This document shows positions 1 to 12,899 of a stretch of 64,000 nucleotides of DNA, piece by piece; within the stretch, counting starts at the first letter, position 1; every line of letters starts with the position of its first letter. The DNA is from Monocercomonoides exilis PA203 (lineage: Eukaryota; Protista; Preaxostyla). The notes beneath the pieces were generated by a model, which saw only the letters and a list, made by a program, of their open reading frames with translations, did no database searches and was not told the DNA's origin. Location: the NCBI GenBank assembly GCA_001643675.2, contig LSRY02000003.1, positions 2,356,001-2,420,000 of the forward strand, given 5' to 3'. Both the position numbers and the translations under genes were made by a program.

Positions 1-29
1 ATTACGAAATTTAAAATAAATGCATTGAA

Positions 30-1625
30 TTATATACGAAACATCACAACTATTCTAATAAAGTTTTTATCTTTATTCAGAAAAATATATCCGAAATAAT
101 TCAATTTCACTCCGTCTTTCGAAATTGATGTTCCAATTCGAGCTTTGATTGTTGATGTTTCCAACACTTCCTTAATCCCACCTCCATTCCCATTCACACA
201 CTCACATTCTTCAATCGTTGTGTTGCTCACCACAAATGTCTCTTTTCCGTTTTCACTTCATGCCATCACGACTCCATCTCCTCCTGTTATCCGATTCACA
301 TTCCGAATTGTCACATTCCCCAGCAAACTCTCTCCTGATGTTGATTCTTCTGTTGATGGCTCTTCGAACAGAGGTTGGCTCATTTTCATATTTTTTATCT
401 CAACATCACTCATCCTCAACTGAGACAGTGCCATCACAAATATCGATGCTGATATTTCTCTCTCTCCATTAACACTTGAAAAGATCAGCACATCTTCCAA
501 TGAAAGAGTCCCACTTCCCACAGACACCACAAACACACTCGGTGAAGAAGGGCTTGCATTTGAGTTACAATCAACCTTCATGTGCAATAAACCAAGATGA
601 CCTGTTGACACACTGAATAGCGCTCCAGTTGATGAAAGTGCACCTGTTCCAATCGAACTCTTATCTTTGCCTCTCCCAATGACTGAAATCTTCTGTGCTC
701 CAATATCAATTGTTGACGTCTCGTTTTGATGATTCCCTTCCATCAGCGTGATTGACAAGCTTATCTGCACCTCACACATCTCAAACGCCTTCTTCACTGT
801 CAGACACGGATTTGATTCATTCATCCCACACAACTCAATATTATCATCTCCACCAACAGAAACATAAATCGTCTTATCCTTCAGCCAATCCCTTTTTGAT
901 GTTTGGTCATATATCCAGGTACCTGATGGATTATACGCATAGCACATTCTCTTATCATCTGTATTTGTCGTGTAGCATTCATAGAACGGGTTAATTGATG
1001 ATAAATACAAATTATATGCATCTACAAAATAGGCATCATGCCCATATGGAGTGGAGGTTGTTCTGCATTTGCATTCATGGAAGAACAAATAATAACAATA
1101 AATTTTATCATTTGGTGCTGTTGCTCCATTTGGATGAAAATATAATCCTCCTCCATACCTCATTGCTGAACATCAGATAAACTGAATGCTCCTCATTTTG
1201 AATTGAGTAATTGGAATGTTAATACAGCGCATTCCTCCACCATCATTTCCAGTAACCGAGCATGAAGTGAAACTGCAGTCAAACACACACGCACTCTCTC
1301 CTCCTCCATTTTCTGTTGGAATGCATCCTGACCCTGAAACCTGAAAATTATCAAGATTAAGCCCTCCTCCATAGCTATTTGCTTCACAATCCTGGAATTC
1401 ACACCCGCTGATCATAACACACGATGAATTTGCATAAATGCGCATTCCTCCTCCTCCATGAGTTTTTGTGGAACATGAGTTGAACGAATTGTTTCAACAG
1501 ATATAATATTTGCACACATAACCCCCCCTCCATCCCAATAAGCATTGCAATCATTGAATGAGCAGTGCTTAATTGAAGCCGATGCGCTTGATTGACCATC
1601 CATGCAGATTGCCTGCCACTTGATT
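30..1625 (-). pseudogene. Decayed gene of a second GGG/GGA-motif beta-helix (Pmp-like) surface-protein family
   Basis: ORFs 1412-1603, 1173-1445, 258-1163 and 30-233 form one colinear protein (CSFxxC...GGG motifs, 'IYVSVGGDD..LCG..ESNPCLTV'). It is broken by a frameshift near 1490 and in-frame TGA codons at 1173-1175 and 258-260. Confidence 0.8.
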
Positions 1626-2069
1626 CACCAACTGTGAATGAATTTTCTGTTCCTGTTGTCTCTGATCCGTTTCATTCACTCCAAAATAAATGAATATGCT
1701 TCGCTTAGAGATTCTCTCTCTTAAAAATTTCTGATTATCAAGTTAGCATCATTCTTCGAACTTTATTTGAGCACAACCTATGCGAAGCAAGATGTTAAAA
1801 ATAAATTTATGAAACATGTAGGTTAGTATAATTTGATAATGGAAATTAAATTGAAAATAGCATAACTGTTGCAATACGTCACAAAACACAAAATGAAAAA
1901 TGAACAAAAATTTTTATGGGTTTGATCAATAATTTTTGTTTTCATTTTGAAGATAAGATTTTTCAAATTTTTTCGATAATACAGTGTTAATAAATTATGA
2001 CAATCAATAATAGAACTGTTATTCATTAGAGAATGTTAAAATCACTACTGGTACAATTTAGACCTATGC

Positions 2070-3060
2070 CGAAAATCATTTGTTGTAATGAATTCCAAAA
2101 AAATGATAATTTTTGTTTTGATTCTGAAAATTCTGGGTTATTATTTTTGAAAACAAAAATCTTTTGTGTTGTTCATTATTTCGAAATACAATGATGCTGA
2201 TTGATGAATTTTCATCAAAATGTCTCAAACTTTGAAAATATTCTTATTTCATTCATCTCCCATTAAAGAAAAACAACGATGAGTGTTTGTTTCATCAACA
2301 AAACCTTTTCAATGAAATTCAAACTCTTCAGATTATTGTTCAATTCGAAAATAATCACAAAAGAAACATGAAATCAAAAATAATCACCCATACCAAGAAT
2401 AAATAACATTTGGCGAACAAAACATTTCACTAAACTGTTTTTGATTCAATTTTGTTTCATTATGAGACATCCGTTGTGGTGTTTTTATTGATTACAGAAA
2501 TATGGAATACTATTTCAATTTGAAAATTGAAGAGTTTTCACCGTTCTTTCAGAATGCTTTTTTTTATTTCACTCTTTCATTGCATTCAAAAAACTTAAAA
2601 GTGATAGCAAATTTGGATAATTTGAAAAAAAAATGATCATATTTAACTTTAAGCAAATACAGAACTTTGTTTTTAATTCGTTTCAAAATGAAAAATAAAA
2701 TATTGCTTTATAAAATCAATTTTTCATTGTCTAGTTGCAAAATAACACTGATAATAATGGAACCTGAGGAGACATAATAAAAGAAGTACATTCTTAACAA
2801 AATAGGCATTTTCGATTGAACTAAAAATAATTCAAAAAACAATTCAAAAGGTATTTTGATGAGTGGGTTAAAAATAAAATAAATGATTTTTCTATTCTTT
2901 GTTTGAATAGAAAGGATTAAATCATCAGAAGATCTGACAAAAAGTGAAATTATAAAAAAATGAATATTTTCCATCAATGATATTTCTTTTTAAATAGTTT
3001 TGAAAAATAATAATTTGCAGCCACAACATAAAAAAACAAATAAATGCTGTTGAAAATATT
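2070..3060 (+). repeat. ~1 kb upstream block shared with 27195-28170 (and inverted at 22760-23740)
   Basis: 'gaaaatcatttgttgtaatgaattccaaaaaaa' and colinear downstream sequence recur upstream of cassettes A, D and E. Confidence 0.85.
2134..2390. mobile_element. MITE family 1 (~258 bp; TIR ~TGGGTGATTATTTTTGAAATCA), diverged copy
   Basis: Ends 'tgggttattatttttgaaa' and 'atcaaaaataatcaccca'. Length 257 bp matches five other copies. Confidence 0.6.
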
Positions 3061-3109
3061 CATATAAAACAAATTCAAAAATTTTAAATAGATTTCTGAA
3101 AATTTTCAG

Positions 3110-4330
3110 TTGTTGTACTCTTTCTCATTTAATATCTCTATTCCCATCCACTCAACCATCTTCCTCCACACCCACAACCCCATTGATGGTGCCATCCTCC
3201 CCAACCTCAACAGCCCCTCCACTTCTCTCTCTGCCTTCAACACTTCTTTTCTTCACCAAACTCGATCTTCATCAAATGATCCCGTTAAATATATTGGATC
3301 TGAATCTCAAAGAAAGGAATTAAGTAGATTGCCATTTACTGATTTGAATAGCTATCTCTTTGAGTGGTGCGAATGGAATTATTCAAATGGTGGTTCTTCA
3401 TCTGGTGGTGCTCTTTATGTTTATTGCACAAATGCAAATCTCACAATCACTTCTTGTTCATTCAATAATTGTTCAAATACAAATCACGGTGGAGCGTTAT
3501 ACAGTTACAGTTTACAGAATGTGAACATCGCTAAATCCAATTTCACAAACTGTTCGGCACTACATGGAGGCGCAATTTGTATTGATGGTCAAAAATCATC
3601 TTCTGTTTATTCATTCTCAGATAATAGAGTTGAAGGTTGTAAAATAACGGGCATTTATGGAACTGGTTGGTATTTCTGGATCTATAACATGACCTCAGCA
3701 AGTCAATTCCTGTTCACCAAATGCAAGTGCATTTCAAATTCTGGTGGTGATTCTGCTGGTTCTCTCACATTCAATTCCCCTCCAACCAATAAGCCAAATC
3801 AATTTTTAGTTAATGATTGTCAGTTCTTAAACAATAAATTGACATCAAATTCAACTTCATGGGGAGGTGCTGCAATGTTTTTCAGAGACACATATTCCTG
3901 GATGAATGGAATGAAATTCATCACTTTTTGTTTCTTCGATGGCAACACTGCCAAAAATGGCAGGGGCAATGATGTGTTTTTCAATGGCAGCAGCATCACC
4001 CAATCCCCATTCAATCAGTGCGGGTCAACAACAGAATCAAATAGAGTGTGGAATGCAGGAACTGCTGATGATGTTGAGTTCAACAAATGGCTTCCTCTCA
4101 TAACAACTTTCAAAATCGTGTCAAATAATGGGATAAACACCGATCTCTGCGGAATCACACAACTCAGTCCATGCAAAACAATAGAACATGCTCTTGTTCG
4201 CATGACAGATCCCCAAGACGCCTCCCTCACCCTCCTCAGTTCAACATTTGTTCCCATTCAAACACTCACTTTCAGCGCAGTTGACACCATAATCACTGAA
4301 ACCAATGAACTTTATCTGATTCTCATATAA
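3110..4330 (+). pseudogene. Cassette A: variable GGA beta-helix domain, 5'- and 3'-truncated
   Basis: 406-codon open frame starting at TTG; first ATG is internal. FEWCEW/GGAL/GTGWYF/FITFCFFDGN framework. Homology ends at 'AVDTIIT'. Confidence 0.75.
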
Positions 4331-4339
4331 ATTCTTTCA

Positions 4340-5800
4340 TTTTCTCATTTTTGACCATTTTCCATATCAGAGAAATATCCTATACCTATCATCTTCTTTT
4401 CATAAGAAGTTTGTTTTTTTTCAAAATCCTCAACGTCAGCTCAAATAAAAGCATTTCTTTGTCATTTTCAATTTGATTTCGCTTCTTCATCAAATACAAA
4501 TTCCGCTTGTTTCCTAAAGGAATCATCTATTTCTTCTCTTCAAATTGCATTTCTTCAATCATATCAGCAAGCTTTTCAAAACTTTCAATTTCTTTTATTA
4601 TTCCCATTTCTCCTTTTTTGAGCGCTGCAGACGCACATATTTCATATAATTTCTCTTCAAATATGCCTTTTCCTCAAAATTGCTTTCTCTCTTTGTTTCA
4701 TTTTCAACTATTTGTTGTGATTTTGATGTTGTGAAATCTCTCAAAGATCATTTACATCATCGTTCGTTCTAAATAACGTCTTCTGCCCTGCTCCTTCTAT
4801 TTTCTGTGAATTCTTTCAGCTTCCAAAATAATAATTCAGATTTAATTTCTATTTTTTATTGTGCACTTTGTGGTCGGCTTTTCTCGATAGGATTTAGAAT
4901 CATTTCCTTTGTAAAATAATTTCCGATGATATTCCGTGATTGAATGAATATTTCTTTTGAATTTCCAAATTGATGCAGAAGGCGAAGACTTCCTTCCAAT
5001 CTGAGAGTTGTTGAATGAAATGAAAAAAACAGTTTAATTTTTGTTGTTCATCGAAGAAAGCGTTGAAGAACATTTGAATGAAAAGACAAATTTTTTTCTC
5101 ATCAGAATAATGAATGAAACAAGAAAAGAAGGCGTATGTGGTGAATGACGTTGAGAGGAAGAAATGTGAATGATAAAATTTTCGTTTCAATTTTGCGTAA
5201 CTGATTGAACAGCTTAAATGTATTATAAGGTCGATGTTCCGATCCAATGCAAAGTTAGTGAATATGGCATTGAAAAAGTTGAAGATAATGGTGAAGATTT
5301 AGCAGTTCGTTGGAAAGAAGAAGAAGAAGAAGAAGAAGAAGTTGAAGAATTTGAAGAAGATGAAGATGTTGAAGAAGATAAGATGAATGAGAGATGAACA
5401 ATCAGTTAAATAATTTTTCTGAAGAAGATGATGAAAATGACTTGTATGATGTTGTCAGTTGGTTAAATGTCACATTTGATAAGTTGACTTCGAAAGGAAT
5501 ATAAAACCCCAATCACAAATTATATTGGCCAATTCGCATTAATCTGTCAATGAAAACTGATATCCTCAGTTCATTTGCAAACTTTGTGTGATTGCCTCTT
5601 CTTTCTCTTCAAAAACAAAAAACAATCATGTTTGTCTGTTGGCTCTGAAAATACAAAAAGCATGAAAAGAAGATATAAGAACGAAGAAGAATAAGACGAA
5701 GATGAAAAGGCAGCAGAAGAAAAAGAAGATAAAGAAAAAATTGGAGGAAGGTGAAGTATACGATGCAGAAGAAGACTGTTTTGTTTGCTTTGAGGTTGAT
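4340..5800 (+). repeat. 3' flank block of short cassettes (partial copies at ~10810, 29460-30190, 53230-53900; inverted at 20740-21470 and 37700-39370)
   Basis: Shared strings such as 'cgtcttctgccctgctccttct', 'gtcacatttgataagttgacttcgaaaggaat' and 'aaacaatcatgtttgtctgttggctctgaaaatac'. Confidence 0.8.
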
Positions 5801-7599
5801 GGTGATGAATGAGTGACAAAGACGAAGACGAAGACGAAGGCGAAGGCGAAGGCGAAGGCGAAGAAGAAGAAGAAGAATATAAAAGAGTCGAAGAAGATGA
5901 AGAAGATAAAACGAAATGAAATCAATTCGTCCAAAAAGCCTTTTTTCATCATGAGAATAATGAATGAAAAATGAAATAAGATGAGCTCAACAATTGATCA
6001 GTCGAGATGAAGGGAAGAAAATGAAGCAATTTTCGGTTCAAATTAGCATCTCTGCTGATTTGGATGAATGGATGCATCAGAAGGTCGATTGCCGACCGAG
6101 AAGGAAGTGAGATGAAATTTGCAAAAACAATGCAGAAGTTGAAGAACACCAAAAAGGAAGAAAAAAAGGCGGAAACGAAGGAGAAAAAGGTTAAGATCAC
6201 AACGAAGAAGAATGAAAAAAAGGCAAAGAAGAAGGCAAAGAAGAGACAGAGGAGTGAATGTCCCAAAGGCAGAGGAAGATTGGATTGTTTGAGAAGATGA
6301 ATTGGATGGGGATGCAGAAAGCAGTGAAGAAGAACATGAAACAGAAGAAGAAGAAGAAGAAAGAAAGAAAGAAGAAAAGAAGGCATTGAAGATAATCTTG
6401 CTTCTTTTGATGTTGAAATTGGTGATAAACTGGACGAGGAAGAAGAAAGAAAGAAGAAGATGAAGATTTCGGAGAAATAGAACCCATCAAAGAAATATAA
6501 TCAATATTTCCGTTTCTGCTTTTCCCTTTCCTCTTTCACAGTCCAATCATCAATCATCAATCCAATTTTCTCCTTCTCCTTCCTCTTCTCTGAATATTCT
6601 TCTTCTCTCTGAATATACCTTCTTCTTCTTTTCCTTCTTCATATTAAAATTGCTCTTCTGCTATTTCTCTGCTCCTTTTTCTTTCTCATTTCCTTTTGAT
6701 CCAGTTTCTTTTTCATTTCTCAACTCTCCCTAAAAACTATCATTGCTCATCAGACAGCAAACATTTGGGTGTGGCTGAGTCAAACGAAGATAATCATCCG
6801 AATGGAGACATGAAACAGACTGTGATTGAAGATGATGTTGATGGAGGAGAAAATGAGGATATTCATGATGGTGATAAAAATGCTGAGGAAAATTAAAGCG
6901 AAGAAGATGAAGAGGAGGAAGAGGAAGAGGAGGAAGAGGCAGTGCATCTGAAGAGTGTGGAGGCGGAGAAGGCATCTGTACACATATGAGCAACCAGAGC
7001 CTTCACAAGTGCTCCAAAAGGGGGATCTTCGACAGCATCTGCGTGTGGTAGACACTCTCAAACTGTGTGTGCTGCCAGATAGAAACAATTGCAATCACAA
7101 TCACAATCACTCGAATTCGAGATCATATATGAAGAGGAATATGAAAAAGAAGAAGAAGAAGAAGATGATGATGTTAAAGGAATTTGTTTGCATTCTTCTT
7201 GTTGCATCGTGACAGAAGCACTGCTGCTTGGAAGCTCAAAACGAGGCTGACTCCTAACATTCAATGCATTTGAAGTAGATGAAGGTGAAGATGGCGAAGA
7301 AGGAGAAGATGGTGAGGAATGAGGAGGAGAAGTGGATGAATGGAGGGAATCTGAAGGAAAATGAGATTGTGGTTGTGATGAGCGAGCATCATCCTTCTTC
7401 TCCTTCTCATTCCCTTTCCCAAAATTTCGAATGCCATTATGCCGACCAAGAAGACGATTATTTGTCGCTCCTCTCTTCCCTTCCCCTCCTTCTTCCCTCT
7501 GTTCTCCCAAAGGTGGCAGAAGAGGCAGAGTTTCTTCCCCACAAAATGATCCAGGCAACTTTTCAGTCTAACCAAATGTGTCACACAATTCATCCCCAG

Positions 7600-9200
7600 T
7601 CATATTCTTTAACTGCTTTTGTATGTTCCTTTGGCTTTTGAGGGTATTGGAATGCTTTGTTGTGTGTGTCTTTTCCCAATCATTTATCATCTCTTTCTTC
7701 CTCTTCCTTCTCAAAATCAATCGAACTACCCTCTCTCCCTGATTCCTCATTCATCTCTAAACCACTTTTCGACATTTCCACCTGTTCCTCATCTTTTCCC
7801 ACTTCCTCTGCACTTCCATCTGAAGCTAAACCCAAAGACCCGTCTGCTGCTTCTTCTTCTGCTGCTCTTCTGTTCTCCTGTTGGATGCCATCAGATGGAG
7901 AAGAACTGCACACTTCTGGTTCCACTGAATGCAACTTGTCCGCCTCAGCCTCTGCCTTCACAAACCTCAGCCCACTCAGCCCAAGCTCCTCCACAATCAA
8001 AGGCGCCATCGCTTCTTACTGCTTCCCCTGGTTATCTTTGATTTTCTCCACAAACTCTCTGTGCGCTGTCGGATACCCGCCTTTCTCCTCATTCCCATCA
8101 CCTCCCTCTGCCTCTTCCCGCTCCTCCAGAACTGCCAGCGCAATCGCTGCTGGAGACAGAACCACATCCTCCATCCTCAGCCCCGCTGCCGACAGCCCCT
8201 TTTCCACAATCTCCCCCACTTTACACACTGCAACCTCTCACCCTATCACTTCATCGTCCAGCTTCACCACCACACGCCTCGACTGCAGCGATCGCGAAGC
8301 CAGAAGCAATGTTATAAACAGATCGCATTCACATCTGCCGCTGCAAAGATCCGCTTGCTCCCCGACTTCGTGCCCACCGACGCTGCAAGCGAAGGAAGCG
8401 GTGCCACCAGCGGAACCGAAAGCATCGCTGAAAGCGCCACACCGTACGCACACACAACACCTCCATACAGCACCGACCTCCGCGCCACAACAAATCATTC
8501 GAAGCGTCTGTTGCTCCTTCAGTAACGACTGTCTGTGATTTTCATACACACCAGCCGCCTCTCGATATTGTCCATCGCTCCTGCCGAAGTGAATGATGCT
8601 GCCACTGCCGAAGCATCCGAAGGGTCAATCACATGTGCTGATGATGGCTGCTCATTCTCTGAAGATTTCTTCTCTTCGCTTCTCCGCCTCCGGAATGGCG
8701 AAATTGATCAGCATGCAGCTCCAGTTGAAGAAGACGAAGAAGACGAAGGCGCTGAGCGAAGAGGCGACTGCTGCTCTGCCCCGGCCACAAGAAGCTGTTT
8801 TAAATAGGCTTTCGTGTCATACAACAGCTCCAATGGAAATACAAACACAACATCCTCATTCGGATCAGAAAGATCAACCAGCCGCAAAATCTCACCGTTC
8901 TCGAGCGATGGGAAAAGATAAAACAAGCTTTCTTAAAAAGTTGAGTTGAAATTTGAAGATGAAGAAGTTATGCTGATGATGAATGAATAATCGTTCTGGT
9001 CTAACATTAGACGAAAAAAAAAGTAGAATATGTGAAAAGATCAATTCAGAAATGGAAAATGCTGCAGTTGTTGTCATCTGCTCATTCTGTTGGATAAAGG
9101 CAAAGATTCCACTGAAGCCATGCGGCTTCAGAAAGATTCCACAAAATGTTTTCCTCTTCATCCTCAAAAGAAGAAGTTTGTGAAGCTGCAATTCCAGATG
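7600..9200 (-). pseudogene. GC-richer decayed gene of unknown function
   Basis: ORFs 8238-8549, 8016-8228 and 7680-8009 are in one frame separated by single stops. 8708-8926 is frameshifted upstream. Composition is coding-like. Confidence 0.5.
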
Positions 9201-9604
9201 AAAGAAATTTTCTTTGGCTTTGTGTGAGTTTTCTTGCCTGCCTTCATTTTCCAATCTATTTTCTTCCAATTTTTATTTGTAATTTTTTTCCTTCAGCTGT
9301 ATAATTTCTTCGTTTCTTCTTTTCTCTCTTTATCTCTCACACTGATGCAATTGATGGAGAATTCAAAACAGATGAAGAATATGTTGAGGAAATTGTTGCG
9401 TGGCATACTGTTGATGATTTGAAGAAGAATTTGAAGAAGATGATAAATGGATAGAATGAGTTGATTGAAGACTGAGAAATGTGAAGATAAATGAAGACAA
9501 ACAAAAATGAAGATGTTCGCAGAAATCGTTTAATTTCAGTTTTTTCAACATTGAGTTCATCTGGCAAATAAGATCCTCCAATTCCTCCCTCTCCATCCAC
9601 TTAA

Positions 9605-10804
9605 TCCCTCTTCCTCCACACCCACAACCCCATTGATGGTGCCATCCTCCCCAACCTCAACAGCCCCTCCACTTCTCTCTCTGCCTTCAACACTTCCTTT
9701 CTCCACCAAACACGCTCTTTATCAAATGATCCTGTTGAATATATTGGATCTGAATCTCAAAGAAAGGAATTAAGTAGATTGCCATTTACTGATTTGAATA
9801 GCTATCTCTTTGAGTGGTGCGAATGGAATTATTCAAATGGTGGTTCTTCATCTGGTGGTGCTCTTTATGTTTATTGCACAAATGCAAATCTCACAATCAC
9901 TTCCTGTTCATTCAATAATTGTTCCTGTAATGGAAATGGTGGAGCTTTGTATTGTGTATATTTGTTGAAAATTGATATTTCAAAATCCAATTTTACAAAC
10001 TGCTCTGCGCTTCATGGAGGAGCAACTGAAATAGCACATCCGCAATCAAATGCAGTTTGGACATTCTCTGAAAATAGAGTAGAAAGTTGTTCAATAACAA
10101 GTTGGTGTGGAACTGGTTGGTATTTTGGTCTCGATAACATGCCATCTGATGCAAAATTCTTGTTCAAAAATTGCACCTGTATTGCAAATACTGGTGGTGA
10201 TGCAGCTGGTGCAGTCACGTTTCATTACCCTCCACCAGTAATACCTCTTCAATATTTACTCCAAGAGTGCCAGTTCATCAACAACAAAGTCGAAAATCCA
10301 ACTTCCTATGGTGGTGCTGCGCTGTGTTGCACAAGAACATATGATTGGATGAGCGGGTTCAAATTCATCACATTCTGCTTTTTCGATGGCAATTCCGCAA
10401 CCAATGGCAGAGGAAATGATGTGTTCTTCAATGGAAGCAGCATCACTCAATCTCCATTTGAAAATTGTGGCTCAACAACCCCAACAAAAAGAGTGTATAA
10501 TAATGGACAAGCTGACAATGAAACTTTCAATGGCTGGCTTCCAATCATCGCCCAGAACAAAATCGTTGCAAATGGTGGAACTGATGCTGATGCCTGTGGC
10601 AGACCCCAACAGACCCCATGTGCCACCATCGAGTATGCCCTCACTGGCTTCATTTCCCTCCTCCAAGACGCCTCTCTCACCCTCCTCACTTCAACATTTG
10701 TTCCAACTCAAACACTCACTTTCAGCGCAGTTGACACCATAATCACTGGAAATGATGAAATTTGTCTGATTCTCATGTTAATTCTTTCATTTTCTCATTT
10801 TTGA
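9605..10804 (+). pseudogene. Cassette B: variable GGA beta-helix domain
   Basis: Frame open from an in-frame TAA at 9602 (LFLHTHNPIDGAILPN...). Tail type 'DADACGRPQQTPCATIE'. Ends 'DTIITGNDEICLILM'. Confidence 0.75.
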
Positions 10805-12899
10805 CCATTTTTTCATATCAGAGAAATGTCCTAAACCTATCATCTTCTTTTCACCAGAAGTTTAATTTTTTCAAAACACTTATCGTCAGCTCAAATAAAA
10901 ATACTTCTTCAATATTTCTTCATCTATTTTCTCCTTTTCATCAAATGCAAATTCCTCTTTTTGCTTTAAGAAATGTTTTCCACAATTCGTCTCTTCAAAA
11001 TGTATTTCTTCGTTTAAATCATCTTCATTTTCAACAATAACCATTTTCTCCTTTTTCACCTGCTCTCTTTTGCTCATTTTTATCATTTCTCTTCATCATT
11101 TCAAAGAAATTCTTCCAATAAATGCAACCCCAATGAATTTTTTTCTACAAGAAAGGTTTTGTTCCGAATACTGTTTTTTTTTTGTTCTCCATCGTTTTCA
11201 CAGAGACATTTCATGTATTTCGAGAGTTTCAAAACGCTGAAGAAACAACTGGTTTTTCCTCCACAATATTCAACAAAATGATATTTTTCACACTTTCCCG
11301 TTCATCATCTGTCCATTTCTGCCTTTGTTTGTTTGTTTGTTAGCTTCATTGTTCACAAATTCTGCCTGCTTTTTTTTTCCCGAAATTTTATTTGGCATCA
11401 ATACACGAGAAGAAGAAGACAATGATGAAGATGAAGAACGAAATGAATTTTCTTGAGAAGGATTCAGCAGCAATGGTGATGATAGCCTTAATTAAGAATT
11501 CAATGTTCAGCTTTGTGAGCACCAAAGACAACAACAGCAAACATGGCTGAAAAAGAAACTAATCCAATGCTCCAACTCAGAATGAGAATGTCAGAACAAG
11601 TCAATCAGAATTTATTGCTCTTCACATTCTTCTCATTTTTGTTCAGTTTATCATATCTCTTTATTCTTTTCTTCTCCATTGTCTTCCTTCGCTCTTCTCT
11701 TCATTCCTTTCATCTCTTCTTCTTGAATAAGGACACTTGTCTCATTCATTTCATCTCAAAATGGAATTCTTCAAAACATCTCTTTAATTCCATCTCTTTC
11801 TCTTTCTCTTCCTTTTTCTTTCATCATTCTGCTTTCATCTGCTTTTTCTTATTGATGGAGAAAGAGAAGATACCTCACTCACATTCTTTTCTCACAATAT
11901 AATCCAAAAGTTCTGCTCCAATTGTATTTTCCCTTCATCTGCTTTGTTTCCACATAAATAAATATTTCTTCATTCATCAATCATTTTCTATCCTTATTCT
12001 CTTTCCTTGACTGATCTCTCTCAATCTTCGCTCAAAATTATTCTTTTCCTTTCTCTCTTCTTTTCCTCTCTATTTTTCTTCAATTCATGAAATAGTCCAA
12101 AAATCCACTCTTCCAAATCCGCTTTTTTCTCATGCCCGATACAAATGCAATGCATTCATGAAAATATTAAACCTTTCATTTTGGCTTGCTGAGAATGAAT
12201 TGAAAAGACGCAGCGAATGAACTCACAGCTTTGATGCAAATGATTGATGTGTTCGATGGAAAAGTCTTCATTTGCCTTTTCTCTTCCATTCTCCAATATT
12301 TCTGTTTAAAAAGACATTCAAAATGAAGAAGAAGAAAAAGAAGAAAATCTGTGTGAAACTCTCATGATTTCTTTGATGATGATGATAATAGAAGAACAAG
12401 AAGAGCGAAGAAATATCATTTGTGGAGTGTTTAATGTATGATGATGGTTTGTCGAGAAGAATTTGAAACAAAATGTGTTTTTGGAAAATGGTGATGGAGA
12501 AAACGAACAATGATGATTTTGTTCGAAAGAGATGAGCTTCAAGAGAGATGAACAATGAACGAAAAATCAGCAGCAACGTTGACAGAAGGATGAAATGTTG
12601 AAGAATAAATCAGTGAGTGGGAGAGTTGATTGAATTGCCGAAGAAGATGAAGAAGAAGATTTTGAAGATACAAATGCCATTTGATATTCAATGTCTGCCT
12701 TCTGCTTCAAATGTCCCACAAAATGAATTCCGAATCAAATAGTTGTTCTGTCAGAATATCACAATAATTCTCCAAAAATACACTCAATGAAAAGAAAGTG
12801 CCAAATCCATTTCTGTGAAAGAGACTTGTCTCTCTTTTCGGTTTAGCTGATTTCCTAGTCTTCTCTGTGTAACTTTTTTATTCTTAAGCCATCTTCTCC

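Noticed and set aside
258-1175. TGA readthrough or selenocysteine at in-frame TGAs (258, 1173, also 51268)
   Set aside because: The TGAs are plausibly single substitutions (TGA at 51268 replaces Arg of RVW in paralogues), and the same gene also has a frameshift.
6050-6120. Protein kinase subdomain XI remnant ('SAIDLLMHPFIQ', minus strand)
   Set aside because: No other kinase motifs nearby, and homologous copies (5200, 20620, 38480, 53990) do not preserve the frame or motif.
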